64,000 nucleotides of DNA from an uncultured candidate division Zixibacteria bacterium (GTDB lineage Bacteria; Zixibacteria; MSB-5A5; GN15; FEB-12), in the NCBI GenBank assembly GCA_963664195.1, contig OY760907.1, forward strand, positions 1,920,001-1,984,000. The letters are read 5' to 3'. This document shows, piece after piece, positions 1-10,517 of the stretch. The first letter of the stretch is position 1; every line of letters begins with the position of its first letter. A program made the position numbers and the translations under genes. The notes under the pieces were generated by a model. The model worked only from the letters and a program-made list of their open reading frames with translations. It did not search any database and was not told the DNA's origin.

Positions 1-2
1 TC

Positions 3-1490
3 CCCGACCACGGCAAGATTCGTCCCTCGCACCTGGCCTCCATTGCCTGTGAATCCTGCCATATTCCAAAACTGCAACGTTCCGCTGCGAGCGGACTCGA
101 GCCGTTGACCGGAACGCTTCGGTTCACGAGCAATCCTCTTGAAGCTGGCGGTTTCGGCGAAATCGCCGAGTGGGAGCCAGTGTACGAGCGTCGGATGGAG
201 AACCGCATATACCCGTTGAACGGTGTGCTCGTTGTCTGGTGGGGCAATCGTGACAGCGATGGCCTGGTTTACCCGCTCTTTCTGCGCGAGCATGAAGCCG
301 GGTGGGAGTTGTTCTCAGAGCAGGTGGTAGATGACAACGATGATGGCCGCCCGGAAGTAAATACGCGCGAGGAAATCATCGCCGGCCTGAAGGCGTTTTC
401 GGAGACACTCGAGGGCAATGAACGGTTTGACCAGATCCGGCCCGTGCTCGTCAAGGCGAATCTCGCGTACGAATTGGATACCGCGGGGACGCTGGTTACC
501 ACACCGCACGACGGTCTGTCTTCGGTGGATTTCTCGATCAGTCACAATGTTGCCCCGGCACGAATGGCTCTCGGTGCCAACGGCTGCAACGACTGCCACT
601 CACCGGAGGCCCACTTCTTCAAAGGCCAGCGCATACTGGATATGTACGGTGAGGACGGCAAACCGATTACGAAATCAATCGGCCGATACTTTGGCTGTAA
701 ACCCTGGTCCTTTGCTATAAATTCTTTCCACCAACGGATTATCAGTCCGTATGTTGGCGGCGGCATCATTTTGATCATCTTCCTGATCGTGGTACACTAT
801 CACAGCTACGGGCCAAAGCGGATTACTTTTGATCCATACTCACAAGAGATCCAACGGTTCACGCTCTTTGAACGCGCCGTGCACTTGTTCAGGTTGATCT
901 CTTTCATCATGCTCTCTGTCACGGGCGTCATTCTCGCATTCAATCTGCATCTGTGGCAGGAACTGCTTTTTGGCAGCGCAAAGACTCTGCTCAACTTCCA
1001 CATCTGGTGCGGAATCATCTTCATTCTGACCACGGTGGCAGGTGTCTTCCTCTGGTTCCGCGACGCCCTGTTTGCGTCGTACGACAAGGAGTGGGTGAGG
1101 AGAATCGGCGGGTATCTGGGATACAAAGGAGAGGTACCGTCGGGCCGCTTCAACGCCGGACAGAAGATGTTCTACTGGTACACAACGATATTCGGCATTC
1201 TCATGAGCGTCAGCGGGCTCATACTTGTATTCAAGGATATCTTCCTGCTCTCAACTATCTGTGTCACCTCGACTATCCACAACCTGTTCGGTTTTGCGTT
1301 GATTGCCGGCGTGCTCGCCCACGCTTACCTCGGCACAATCGCCAACCCCGGCACCTGGCGCGTGCTTGTCGATGGTTCCGTGACTCGCGAATGGGCGCAC
1401 CATCATCACCCGAACTGGTTCCGCACTTTGTCCCCTGACGAAAAGGGTGAGTTGGAAGAGGACGAGGAAAAGGAAGAAGAAGAGGAATAG
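3..1490 (+). CDS. Multiheme cytochrome c fused to a C-terminal cytochrome b (FdnI/formate dehydrogenase gamma-like) domain; 5' end truncated by window
   Basis: The frame stays open back to nt 3 (PDHGKIRPSHLASIACESCHIP), giving a CxxCH plus a second CNDCH. The C-terminal region has ~5 hydrophobic helices with conserved His (ERAVH, NFHIWCG, GRFNAGQK, TIHN, LAHAYLG, WAHHHHPNW), typical of FdnI-type diheme cyt b. Acidic tail. Confidence 0.85.
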   Translation, partial: PDHGKIRPSHLASIACESCHIPKLQRSAASGLEPLTGTLRFTSNPLEAGGFGEIAEWEPVYERRMENRIYPLNGVLVVWWGNRDSDGLVYPLFLREHEAGWELFSEQVVDDNDDGRPEVNTREEIIAGLKAFSETLEGNERFDQIRPVLVKANLAYELDTAGTLVTTPHDGLSSVDFSISHNVAPARMALGANGCNDCHSPEAHFFKGQRILDMYGEDGKPITKSIGRYFGCKPWSFAINSFHQRIISPYVGGGIILIIFLIVVHYHSYGPKRITFDPYSQEIQRFTLFERAVHLFRLISFIMLSVTGVILAFNLHLWQELLFGSAKTLLNFHIWCGIIFILTTVAGVFLWFRDALFASYDKEWVRRIGGYLGYKGEVPSGRFNAGQKMFYWYTTIFGILMSVSGLILVFKDIFLLSTICVTSTIHNLFGFALIAGVLAHAYLGTIANPGTWRVLVDGSVTREWAHHHHPNWFRTLSPDEKGELEEDEEKEEEEE

Positions 1491-1569
1491 AGGAGCGCAA
1501 GGTGGGTCCGCTTCCACCACCATGTGTTGTTGACTTCACAGGTACGTCGTTTTGGCGCTCTGAGTTGAA

Positions 1570-3114
1570 GTGGCTGCAAACGTGCGATCAGACTGGAGGT
1601 TGATCTTCTTTAGACTCCCCATCTATTGTTACAACTGGGTGAGCATATTGGGGGCGTACGTTGCCGGGCTGGCGTTGGTTCTGATTCTTCTGTTCTTTGG
1701 CGTCAGCGTGTTTTTCGAGTTCGCCACCAATCCTTATCTTGGTATCGTTCAGTTCCTGGTACTGCCCGCCGTATTCGTCTCTGGACTCATCCTGATTCCC
1801 ATCGGAATGTTTCTAACGCGACGGAGGGTTGTGAGGCAAAGATCCGGGGACGAGTACCCCTGGCCGAGGGTCGATCTAAACAAGCGCAGTCATCGCAACG
1901 CCGCCACGATTTTCGCCTTCGGTTCGGTGATCGTCATTTTCGTCTCAGCGGTTGGAGGCTACCAGACTTTCCACTACTCCGAATCGGTGGAATTCTGTGG
2001 AACGACTTGCCACGACGTTATGAAACCCGAATACGTTGCCTACCAGAACTCGGCCCACGCGCGCGTGCCTTGTGCCGAGTGTCACATTGGGGCTGGCGCT
2101 GATTGGTTCGTCAAATCCAAGCTGTCCGGTGCATACCAGGTGTACGCAGTACTTGCAGATGTGTACTCGCGTCCAATTCCAACACCGATTGAGAACCTTC
2201 GACCGGCGCAGGAAACGTGCGAACAATGTCACTGGCCAGCGAAATTCTACGGCTCGCAACTCAAAACCTTCAATCACTTCATGTACGATGAAGGCAACAA
2301 GCCGTGGAATATCGAGCTTCTGCTTCAGACCGGAGGCGGAGACGACCGCTACGGAACGGCCCATGGAATTCATTGGCACATGAATATCGGCTTTGAAATT
2401 CAATACGTCGCGCGGGATCACGAGAGACAAGTCATACCCTGGGTCCGGGTGCGAAGTCGCGAGACCGGCGAAGTGTCAATCTACCAGAGCGAGGCGGCTC
2501 CGTTGACGGCCGAGGAGCTTGCTGGAGCCACCAGAAGAACGATGGACTGCGTGGACTGTCACAACCGACCGAGCCACATCTACCGTTCGCCCGACTACGC
2601 CATTGATCGAGGTCTTCTAAACGGGACGATTGACCGGTCCCTGCCACAGATCAAGGAAGTCGCGGTTGAAGCGATGGATCGGGAATACGCAACCGAAGGC
2701 GATGCGCTGAAGGCTATTGCCAAAAGTCTCACCGAGTTCTATCAGCAGAACTACCCCGATGTTTATAGTTCGAATGGAGAGAGTATCGACGCTGCCATTG
2801 CTGCCGTTCAATCCGCGTTTTCGCAGAATATCTTCCCCGAAATGAGAGTGCGCTGGAGTGTATATCCCGGCAATCTCGGGCATTTTGGCTCCCCGGGCTG
2901 CATGCGTTGTCACAACAGCGATCTCGTCAATGAGAAGGGAGTCTCCGTAACGAATCAATGCACTGCCTGTCACACCATCCTGTCCCAGGGCACTACGGAA
3001 ACGATCAAACGCGCTTCCGACGTCGACGGACTGGAGTTCCTTCACCCCGAAGGTATAGACGAGGCATGGCGGGAGATGGGCTGTTTTGAATGTCACTCGG
3101 GCATTCAACCATAG
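1570..3114 (+). CDS. Membrane-anchored NapC/NirT-family multiheme cytochrome c (7 heme motifs)
   Basis: Three N-terminal TM segments, then CGTTCH (CX3CH), CAECH, CEQCH, CVDCH, CMRCH, CTACH, CFECH. The segment FCGTTCHDVMKPEY..S.HARVPCAECH is NapC/NirT-like. Confidence 0.85.
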   Translation: MAANVRSDWRLIFFRLPIYCYNWVSILGAYVAGLALVLILLFFGVSVFFEFATNPYLGIVQFLVLPAVFVSGLILIPIGMFLTRRRVVRQRSGDEYPWPRVDLNKRSHRNAATIFAFGSVIVIFVSAVGGYQTFHYSESVEFCGTTCHDVMKPEYVAYQNSAHARVPCAECHIGAGADWFVKSKLSGAYQVYAVLADVYSRPIPTPIENLRPAQETCEQCHWPAKFYGSQLKTFNHFMYDEGNKPWNIELLLQTGGGDDRYGTAHGIHWHMNIGFEIQYVARDHERQVIPWVRVRSRETGEVSIYQSEAAPLTAEELAGATRRTMDCVDCHNRPSHIYRSPDYAIDRGLLNGTIDRSLPQIKEVAVEAMDREYATEGDALKAIAKSLTEFYQQNYPDVYSSNGESIDAAIAAVQSAFSQNIFPEMRVRWSVYPGNLGHFGSPGCMRCHNSDLVNEKGVSVTNQCTACHTILSQGTTETIKRASDVDGLEFLHPEGIDEAWREMGCFECHSGIQP

Positions 3115-3219
3115 TAGAGTACGATTTCATCGGGCAGGAACAGGGCCCTTCGTGCTTTGTCTCCGGACGGAAGAGGTGAGTCGGGCGAAGACGAGGACGA
3201 GGAGGAGTGGAGGACTGCG

Positions 3220-4797
3220 CTAAAAAGTAAGGCTCTTGACCAGAGTGACTTCAACGATATTGGAAGTGAAGTCCCTGTTGGAGGCGATGTAGTCGTCAAA
3301 CTCACGGGTGTTGTACGTTATTTCAAGTAAGTGCGTTTCCATGATGCGGCAGCTGCCGCTGAGACGCACGGTGAAACTCTCGACATCGAGATCGCGCCGA
3401 CTCCGGTAGTAGGTGCCGCCGAATCCAACAGATATCCCGTAGAAATCCTGCACCGTGATGTCGCCGTAGAATAGATGATCACGGAACTCGAACGCTCCCG
3501 CATCGTCGACATTGACATAGTCGCCCCTGGAATAGGCATAGCCAATCGACAGAGTTCCAACCTGATCGTGCCGCAAGAAGCCGTCCACAAGCGTACGGAC
3601 AAAATCCACGCTGGTGCCGATCTGCGAGTTCTCCCGCCGTTTGTCTTCGTATTTGACTGATGCCCAGCCGAGTTTCGGTTGTTGGTATTTCACGGAGGCG
3701 CGGAATCTTGATCGTTCCTCATCGCCGACCAGCCGCACGCCTTCCTTGACTCCCTCGTTACGATTGCCGTAATTGGCTCGCAGCGTCAGTCCGCCAACCG
3801 GCGTCAGCCAGCCGGATACATAAGCAGAGTTGGCGTCGATCCGATCATTCGCGTCATCTTTTTTGTCAAGCTGGTAGCCGACTGTCGCGCCGCCCGTTTT
3901 CAAACGACTGTAGCCTGCATATGCGGCATGAGAGACATTGTCCGTTTTCACCGCGTCGCTGTCCGATCCCGCGGAGTTGAATATCAAGCTGTATCGCAAC
4001 GTTACTCCTACAGGGTGATTGAAACTCAGTCCGGCCCAGGCGATGTTCGATTCTATCCGGAACTCGATGTCCTCGAATTCAGACGTAAACCGCTGGTATC
4101 CGCCATGGACAGCGAACATCTCGCAACCCGGCACCGGAGAAACCGCACTTAGTCTGATGTTGTGCCGGCTCTGGTTGCGGTCGGAATCGATATTATCCGA
4201 ATACTTGTTGGTTCTGTACTCGACCTGGAACTGGCCGCCGCGATGGCTCAGCCTCACACCGCCGTGATAGAACAACTGCGTGTAATCGTGCGAAACCCGT
4301 GTGTTTTCTGTCGGCCTGACCGACGGGCCGAACTGGAACAACTCCACCGACTCACCTTTGCGCTTCACGCTGGTAGCCCCACCGTATATGCGAATCGATT
4401 CATGCGGATAGAACCATGCCGACCCACCGGAACGGTTGCGGGACACCTGACTGCCGCCATCTCCGCTGTAGACTTGACGATGACGGTTGTTGAAGAGGTT
4501 TACGCCGAAGTTGCCGGGGCGGTCGACGCCCAGTCGCAGATTGCGGTTGTTAAGAGTCAGGTTTCTCAAATCAGCAGCCAGTCGTACGCCGTTATTCAAA
4601 CGATATCGCATGTCTTCGAGTGAAAGGCTTACGCCTTCATAGTCATTAAATGAACGATAGTAGGCCGACTGATCACCCTCCGCATCGACCGCCACATAGC
4701 CCAAACTTACAGAACCGCTGCCGTCGCCGGCCGAGACGGCCCCAACACCAACCAGTAGTAACAACAGGAACACGCCCACGGCCTGAGAGGTCGTCAT
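3220..4797 (-). CDS. Outer-membrane beta-barrel, MtrB/PioB-like partner of the decaheme cytochrome
   Basis: ATG at 4797 preceded by GAGGAGG. Signal peptide, alternating Gly/aromatic beta-strand pattern, C-terminal Phe. Lies immediately downstream of the decaheme gene. Confidence 0.7.
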   Translation of the reverse strand: MTTSQAVGVFLLLLLVGVGAVSAGDGSGSVSLGYVAVDAEGDQSAYYRSFNDYEGVSLSLEDMRYRLNNGVRLAADLRNLTLNNRNLRLGVDRPGNFGVNLFNNRHRQVYSGDGGSQVSRNRSGGSAWFYPHESIRIYGGATSVKRKGESVELFQFGPSVRPTENTRVSHDYTQLFYHGGVRLSHRGGQFQVEYRTNKYSDNIDSDRNQSRHNIRLSAVSPVPGCEMFAVHGGYQRFTSEFEDIEFRIESNIAWAGLSFNHPVGVTLRYSLIFNSAGSDSDAVKTDNVSHAAYAGYSRLKTGGATVGYQLDKKDDANDRIDANSAYVSGWLTPVGGLTLRANYGNRNEGVKEGVRLVGDEERSRFRASVKYQQPKLGWASVKYEDKRRENSQIGTSVDFVRTLVDGFLRHDQVGTLSIGYAYSRGDYVNVDDAGAFEFRDHLFYGDITVQDFYGISVGFGGTYYRSRRDLDVESFTVRLSGSCRIMETHLLEITYNTREFDDYIASNRDFTSNIVEVTLVKSLTF

Positions 4798-4808
4798 CTT
4801 GAGCCTCC

Positions 4809-5792
4809 TCAATTCCCTGTCGTGTGACAACCGGACTGGTAACAATCCGGGTAGAGTTTGGAGCCGAGAAGCGGATCAAGCAGGGACTTGCTTTCCTGCG
4901 ACCCGTGAATCTCGCTGTGACAGTCCATACAGTCGTAGCGCCTCCCAATACCGCCGTGCGTCACGCGATGTCCTGTCGGGACACCGTGGCATTGGTTGCA
5001 GAGTCGATTGCCCGGTTGCACCAGAAGTCGGTCGTTTGGTGAACCGTGAGGATTGTGACACTCCGTGCAGCCGCCACCGTCGATGCCGTGTGCATTGACC
5101 ACCTCGTGCTCGAACAGGAACGGCCCGGAAACCTCAGAGTGACATTGCTGGCAACGCCAGTCAAACCCGGTCGTTCCCAGAGGATCGTGAGCCTCGCCGA
5201 GGCAGTGACAATCAACGCACCGGATGTAGCCGGCTTCAAGCGGGTGTGAGGACCGTCGCTTGAACTCCGCCATCACGTTTGAATGACACGCCTGACAGTA
5301 GTTCTCCCGGTCGTCATTCACGAGCCTCGAGTTTGCGTTGTTGTGAATGCTGTGACAGTCGAGACAGGTGATGCCCGAAAGAGCGTGAGGATCGGTGGTG
5401 GCCATGGCAGCCTGGTGCGGTGTCATATGACACTGACCGCATAGAGCAGCCAGATCGGCTGTTTCAAGTCGTTCCGGATTCGTGATATTGTCGGAATCGG
5501 GTTCCTCGATATGGACCTCCCAGCCCGAGTGGCAATCAATGCACGTCACATGCGGGCTGCTCTCAGATCCAGGCGCAGGCGCCACCGCATGGGCGGAGCC
5601 GGCAAGAGTGAGATCGTGCCCCTCATGGCAATCCAGGCAGGTCTCCGACCGCTCGACTCGCTCAGGGGCCTGTGCTTTGGCTGTATCGGCCATAGCATGG
5701 GGACAGACACTCACGACGGCTGCACTGAGAGCTACGTGGAAGACAAACACGGCGACAGTTGCCATTCTCATAACCACCAATAGGTTACACAA
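4809..5792 (-). CDS. DmsE/MtrA-family decaheme c-type cytochrome
   Basis: Signal peptide and ten CxxCH motifs (CLDCH, CIDCH, CGQCH, CLDCH, CQACH, CVDCH, CQQCH, CTECH, CNQCH, CMDCH) plus terminal CYQSGCH. Family-typical GPFLFEH and CHNPHGS motifs. Confidence 0.85.
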   Translation of the reverse strand: MCNLLVVMRMATVAVFVFHVALSAAVVSVCPHAMADTAKAQAPERVERSETCLDCHEGHDLTLAGSAHAVAPAPGSESSPHVTCIDCHSGWEVHIEEPDSDNITNPERLETADLAALCGQCHMTPHQAAMATTDPHALSGITCLDCHSIHNNANSRLVNDDRENYCQACHSNVMAEFKRRSSHPLEAGYIRCVDCHCLGEAHDPLGTTGFDWRCQQCHSEVSGPFLFEHEVVNAHGIDGGGCTECHNPHGSPNDRLLVQPGNRLCNQCHGVPTGHRVTHGGIGRRYDCMDCHSEIHGSQESKSLLDPLLGSKLYPDCYQSGCHTTGN

Positions 5793-5920
5793 CTAGACGA
5801 GTCTGTGAACTGGTCGAAGTGTGCACCTTTTCAACCGGATCCCAAGCATGCACTAATAATGCTCGCGCGGACGGCATACGCAACCGGATTTATCCACAAA
5901 GTCCAATATTGCGCAAATCG

Positions 5921-5952
5921 AAACGGCCCCCCCGACGAGTCGGGGGGGCCGT
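5921..5952 (-). terminator. Intrinsic terminator of secreted-protein copy A
   Basis: Hairpin ACGGCCCCCCCGAC-TC-GTCGGGGGGGCCGT followed by TTCGATTT on the minus strand, ~40 nt after the stop. Near-identical copy at 10726-10757. Confidence 0.75.
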
Positions 5953-5989
5953 AGAGTAGACTAGCTAAAGTCTATGTTGCGTCATCCAG

Positions 5990-8900
5990 TTACGGAGTGC
6001 ACGGGAGGCAGATAGGTGCCGCGGCAGTTCCAGGATCAGCAACGTATTCAGCCAGCATCACGATATCAGCGATGTTCACGCAGCAGTCGCCGTTGACATC
6101 ACCGTTAGCCGTGATCGGCAGAAGGACGATCGCACCGGTCGGATCGTTGAAGTAGTAGTCAATCAGGATGTTGACATCGACCATGTCGATAGCAGCATCA
6201 ACGTTGACATCACCACAAGGCAGATCCATAATGTCTATGCGGTAGTCCTCGACTTCACCCCAAGACGTGGTACCGCACGGGTCAGCCGGTGCACCGTCGT
6301 TAAGACGGACACGCAGGCAAGACGCGCCGGCAACAGCCGTGATCGGGCAATCAACAACACCGGTAAACGGACCGTAGCCCGGGTTACCGACGATAGCAAT
6401 CGACTCGGTCAGCGGATCAAAGACATAGTCAATGTTCCAGTCGATGAATGCCGATACCTGGTCGGACGAGTAACCATTGGTGGACTCAACCGTCAGGTCG
6501 TAGCCGTCGACACCCTTGTACAGGGTGGTGGCGAGCTGGTTCGGGCCGTCTTCATAGTAATCAAAGTAATCGTCTGCACCAGAACTGTTGTTAATAGTGT
6601 TGAACTCAACACGAGAGATATACTCGTAGGCTGAGCTAGCACTAGCGCCACAGTACGGCGGGCAGATTTCACCGATTACGTTGATGTTGTACGGGCCGTT
6701 GGCGGCGGCAGCATCGTAGATTACCGGGTAGTAGTACGTACCAGCCGGGACTTCAACGAAGGTCACTGTCGGGTTATCGTCACCACAGTCTGTCCAACTT
6801 GTGGTCTCATACCACACGAGCGTGGACTGATCGCCGTTACACGGGCATGCAGATTCCATTACGATGTAGAACGTTCCGTTGGACGGTACGGTACCACAGT
6901 AATTGATCTCGATATTCATGCACGTGTCGATCGTGAAGGCTTCCCAGACGTTCGGGCCCAGCATGGCACAATCGCCGGCGGTCGCGCCAGCAACCGTACC
7001 GGTGAAGTTCAGCGGGGAACCTTCGGTCAGAGTCGGGATCGGACCACCGTACCAGGTCTCAAGATCGGCACAGTTGTCGTTGCCCGGAACCGGGATAACG
7101 TCGCAGGATACGTTGATCACGAAGTCACCTTCGCCACCACCGTAGGCACCAACACGGACGATGAATTCAGCGCCCGGCCAGACGCCGGAGATGGAGATAG
7201 CCGACTGGTAACCACTGACGCCACAGGCGTCGTCGTTACAGGCCAGAATTGACATCGTCGAGCAATCGAAGCCAGGAGCATAGTAAACCGCGAACTTTGT
7301 ATCCAGCGGGCTGTCACAAAGATCAAAGAGTACCGTGCCGTCCGGGCCACAAGTCGCAGTGTACTTGAACCAGACATCGGTCTGGACATCGAGGTCACCA
7401 TAGGAGTCACAAAGGACATCCGGGTCACCGTCGGTGTCAGCACCGGCGTTGGAGAACACACCGTTGTACCCATCGAAGATTTCGATAGGAGCATCACAAT
7501 GGTCGTTGGCCGGACCAACCGGACAAGTAACCTCGGTGATGGTCAGATCGAAGGACGGAATACAGTCCGGAGACGGCCAGGTATCAAGCATTACGTAGTA
7601 CGTACCCGCAGCAAGGAACACACCGTCAAGGCCGTACACGGCACTGCCGCTGTTGGAGATACCGTCAACCAGGAAGCCAGTGCCTGTCGGGCAGGCGCTG
7701 AAGATACCGATAGCAGTATATGTCGTTCCAAGCGGATCGAGGACTACGTCTACACACATGTCGGTCGGGATGACGAGTTCATAAATGATATCCTCGCCAC
7801 CGTCGTAGTCACCGAACTCAGTAGCATTATAGTCATCATCGAAACCGCAAGTCGTATTCACGTCGTTGAAAGTACCCGTGAAGTTGATTACCAGCGGATT
7901 TGCACAGTTGGTACCCGGATCAACCGGACCAACCGTGTTGGACGTGGTAACAAGTTCAATGTTGCCAACGCCAGCACTGTAACCACCTACCTGTACGAGG
8001 TAGGTATTGCCGCTGACGATCGGAACCGTAACGGATGACTGGAGAGCTTTGTAGCAATCGTCATCGTTGTAGGCCAGTTCGGTAGTCGGCGGGCAGCCAC
8101 AGCCATCCCACACAGCAATCTTGGTGTCAAAATCAGATCCACAAAGGGAGAAGGTAGCTTCACCGGTCAGAGGAGCGGTGTAGCAATACCACACATCCTG
8201 GCCAATGGAGTGAGTACCAATACCGGATGTGGTGGCTTCCGTCGTGTTGATGTTGATGGTCTCATCGCCGATAGCGATGGCACCAGCACATTCATCATTC
8301 GGCGGGCCAACCGGCGGGGTGTACGGAACACCGGCGAGTTCACACCAGTGATTGTACGGACCGTCGGCGCAAGGAGCGTCGTAGAAATCGCCACCAGCCA
8401 TCACAAAGATGTAATCGCCGGCGAGGAGATCTGCGGTCACAGAACCCATGGTGCAGGCCGTAAATGCTACTGCATCTACGATCGCAACCGCGGAGCAGTC
8501 TCCACCCGGGTTCTCAAGAATAAACAGAACAAAATCAATGTCGGCTGAACCGGTGAAGGTAGCCGTAGTATCGGCATCAAAAGTATGCCAGTACCAGTCC
8601 ATATCGCGGGTGCCGCCATCCATCCACAGCGTACCGGAAAGGATGTCGCCACAGTTGATATAGCCGAAGGCCGGCGTAACGTTGTTACAGCCACCGTTCG
8701 GATCAGGATCGGTGCCACAGGCATCGCCATCGTCCACAGCGCCGGCCGGAATGGTCACGCCGCACGGGTCGATTGTCGAGTACTCGGTAACATCCAGAGT
8801 GTACGTACCGAAATCACCACCGTAACCGTCTACTACGATGTAGTAGGTGTTGCCGGCAGTCATCGATACGATGAGCGAAGACTTGTAGTCGTCATCGCCA

Positions 8901-9478
8901 CAGGCGTCATCGTTACAGGCGACCGGAGTGTATTCGTCATTCTCGTACACGAAAACTTTCGTGTCATACAACGAAGCGCAGAGATCGACGACAACCGTCA
9001 TGTCTGCGCCAGCTGCATAAGAATAGACGACGTCCGGGCTTGTGCTCGTGTAGTCACAGGCCTCGTCGTAATCATCGACGAAACCGTCAGTAGCTGCTGT
9101 TACGTTGTACGGAAGAGCCGTAATCACAAAAGGATCGGCAATTGCGTCACCTTGGACACGAGCAAAACGTACCACGTTCACGCGGCCACTCACCGGCTCT
9201 TTGACGTAGTCCGGCAGCTTGTTGGTGAGCATCATCTCAAGCTTGCTCAGCTGCGGACGACGATTACCGGCAAAAGGATCATTCGCGCTGGGCGCAATAA
9301 CCGCTTTTCCCGTAACGATGAGTTCTGGCGACCTTGAGGTCATACTGCCATCATCACCGGGAGCCGTTTGTACTTTAGCTTCTTTTGCCATCACCACTCC
9401 GGAGAGCGCAAGGCAGCAGAAAGCGAGAGCCAAAACCAGAGCAACTGACAGACGCAGGCTCATTCTAAAATTGGTCAT
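5990..9478 (-). CDS. Large secreted acidic Cys-rich repeat protein with GEVED and C-terminal type I dockerin-like domain (copy A)
   Basis: Signal peptide; recurring ~100-130 aa modules (DLCxSxxDTK..V..ACNDDACG, NDxCxxAIxI); WGEVEDY motif preceded by FIDWNIDY; paired dockerin Ca-loops GDVNVDAAIDMVDV and GDVNGDCCVNIADI. No recognisable catalytic domain. Confidence 0.85.
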   Translation of the reverse strand: MTNFRMSLRLSVALVLALAFCCLALSGVVMAKEAKVQTAPGDDGSMTSRSPELIVTGKAVIAPSANDPFAGNRRPQLSKLEMMLTNKLPDYVKEPVSGRVNVVRFARVQGDAIADPFVITALPYNVTAATDGFVDDYDEACDYTSTSPDVVYSYAAGADMTVVVDLCASLYDTKVFVYENDEYTPVACNDDACGDDDYKSSLIVSMTAGNTYYIVVDGYGGDFGTYTLDVTEYSTIDPCGVTIPAGAVDDGDACGTDPDPNGGCNNVTPAFGYINCGDILSGTLWMDGGTRDMDWYWHTFDADTTATFTGSADIDFVLFILENPGGDCSAVAIVDAVAFTACTMGSVTADLLAGDYIFVMAGGDFYDAPCADGPYNHWCELAGVPYTPPVGPPNDECAGAIAIGDETININTTEATTSGIGTHSIGQDVWYCYTAPLTGEATFSLCGSDFDTKIAVWDGCGCPPTTELAYNDDDCYKALQSSVTVPIVSGNTYLVQVGGYSAGVGNIELVTTSNTVGPVDPGTNCANPLVINFTGTFNDVNTTCGFDDDYNATEFGDYDGGEDIIYELVIPTDMCVDVVLDPLGTTYTAIGIFSACPTGTGFLVDGISNSGSAVYGLDGVFLAAGTYYVMLDTWPSPDCIPSFDLTITEVTCPVGPANDHCDAPIEIFDGYNGVFSNAGADTDGDPDVLCDSYGDLDVQTDVWFKYTATCGPDGTVLFDLCDSPLDTKFAVYYAPGFDCSTMSILACNDDACGVSGYQSAISISGVWPGAEFIVRVGAYGGGEGDFVINVSCDVIPVPGNDNCADLETWYGGPIPTLTEGSPLNFTGTVAGATAGDCAMLGPNVWEAFTIDTCMNIEINYCGTVPSNGTFYIVMESACPCNGDQSTLVWYETTSWTDCGDDNPTVTFVEVPAGTYYYPVIYDAAAANGPYNINVIGEICPPYCGASASSAYEYISRVEFNTINNSSGADDYFDYYEDGPNQLATTLYKGVDGYDLTVESTNGYSSDQVSAFIDWNIDYVFDPLTESIAIVGNPGYGPFTGVVDCPITAVAGASCLRVRLNDGAPADPCGTTSWGEVEDYRIDIMDLPCGDVNVDAAIDMVDVNILIDYYFNDPTGAIVLLPITANGDVNGDCCVNIADIVMLAEYVADPGTAAAPICLPCTP

Positions 9479-9948
9479 AGCTTTACCTCATTATTGTTTG
9501 GACAACTAAATCTATCCACCCCCGGAAACCCGATACTCCCGTTTGAACAGGTGTCAGGCCGTTCGATACCGTTACAAGCATACCGATCTGTTAGGTCAGT
9601 AGACCGTGACTGAAGACCGTGTAATTTGCAGGATTCACCGCCAATGACAGGACTCCTACCGCAGTCGATGCTGGTTCCGCCGGTAGCTGTGGCTCCGGCA
9701 GGGAGGTTAGCGAGAGCAAAGGCCTCTCGTTGGATTACCATTTCCGTCCACCCAGCGCGTTCAACTTGATGCAACATGGTGCTCCCGAAACAATCACTCA
9801 CGCTCAGACCGGGAGCATCATTGCTCGATACCCCTGATACACCACCATGAGGCGGAGCACAGGGAGCATCAATGCCGCAGGCAGTATCATAAGAAAACCG
9901 CCCGACTCGCGCTCCCGAAAACGAATAGAGAGTTAGTCGTTTCAACAT
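9475..9948 (-). CDS. Putative leader ORF (157 aa) embedded in the structured leader, overlapping the downstream start (ATGA)
   Basis: AGGAGG RBS before ATG and the same length in both copies. However, 39/157 residues differ between copies while identical stretches show almost no synonymous change, so protein-level function is doubtful. Confidence 0.35.
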   Translation of the reverse strand: MLKRLTLYSFSGARVGRFSYDTACGIDAPCAPPHGGVSGVSSNDAPGLSVSDCFGSTMLHQVERAGWTEMVIQREAFALANLPAGATATGGTSIDCGRSPVIGGESCKLHGLQSRSTDLTDRYACNGIERPDTCSNGSIGFPGVDRFSCPNNNEVKL

Positions 9949-10510
9949 TCAATTCCTCCTAATCCGGAAATACCTGTCGTACTGAAAATCTGATACCGAA
10001 CGATTACCGGACCAAAGGTCATGAGGCAATCACCCGCTGTCCCCAGGTGTCTAGGGAGTTTGGAGACAGAATATTCTTCAGATCGTTTCAGCATTAGCTA
10101 TTCCCGATTGTTGGAGTGGCAGCAAGCCTCACATTGAGTCTTGCCCCGTGAAAAATCGTGTGTAAAAATGTCTTCCGAACCCAGTTCATAAGATCGTTTT
10201 GGTTCTGCTACCTCCATGAGGGGCATTGCAAGAAAAACTCACAATGTTTAATTAACAGTAAGGGCCAAAAGAAAGAATGGTGGAAAATAGGGACTGAAGA
10301 AAATCTGAAGTTGCAGAGTCCGACTTATCAAGATCACTCGGCGGAAGTCTTCGGTTTTACCCAAAGCATAACCACAAAGAGAAGCGGGGTATGTCTTACT
10401 CTAAAGCTTGCGGGTGTCGTGCGAGTTGAGAAGTCCCAGAAGATGATAAACAGCGAGTTACGAGCGAATCACTTGTTGGCTCTCGGATTCTGCCGTAACC
10501 AAACACGCTC
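9479..10510 (-). ncRNA. Candidate large structured 5' leader RNA, copy A (unassigned family)
   Basis: Conserved with 14278-15305. Compensatory pairs and minus-strand G-U wobbles in several stems (see findings). Confidence 0.6.
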
Positions 10511-10517
10511 AAATCCG

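Noticed and set aside
9479..10510. Group I/II intron or known riboswitch as the identity of the leader
   Set aside because: I could not see a GUGYG start, a domain V, a group I core or a familiar riboswitch consensus. Only an Rfam search can exclude these properly.
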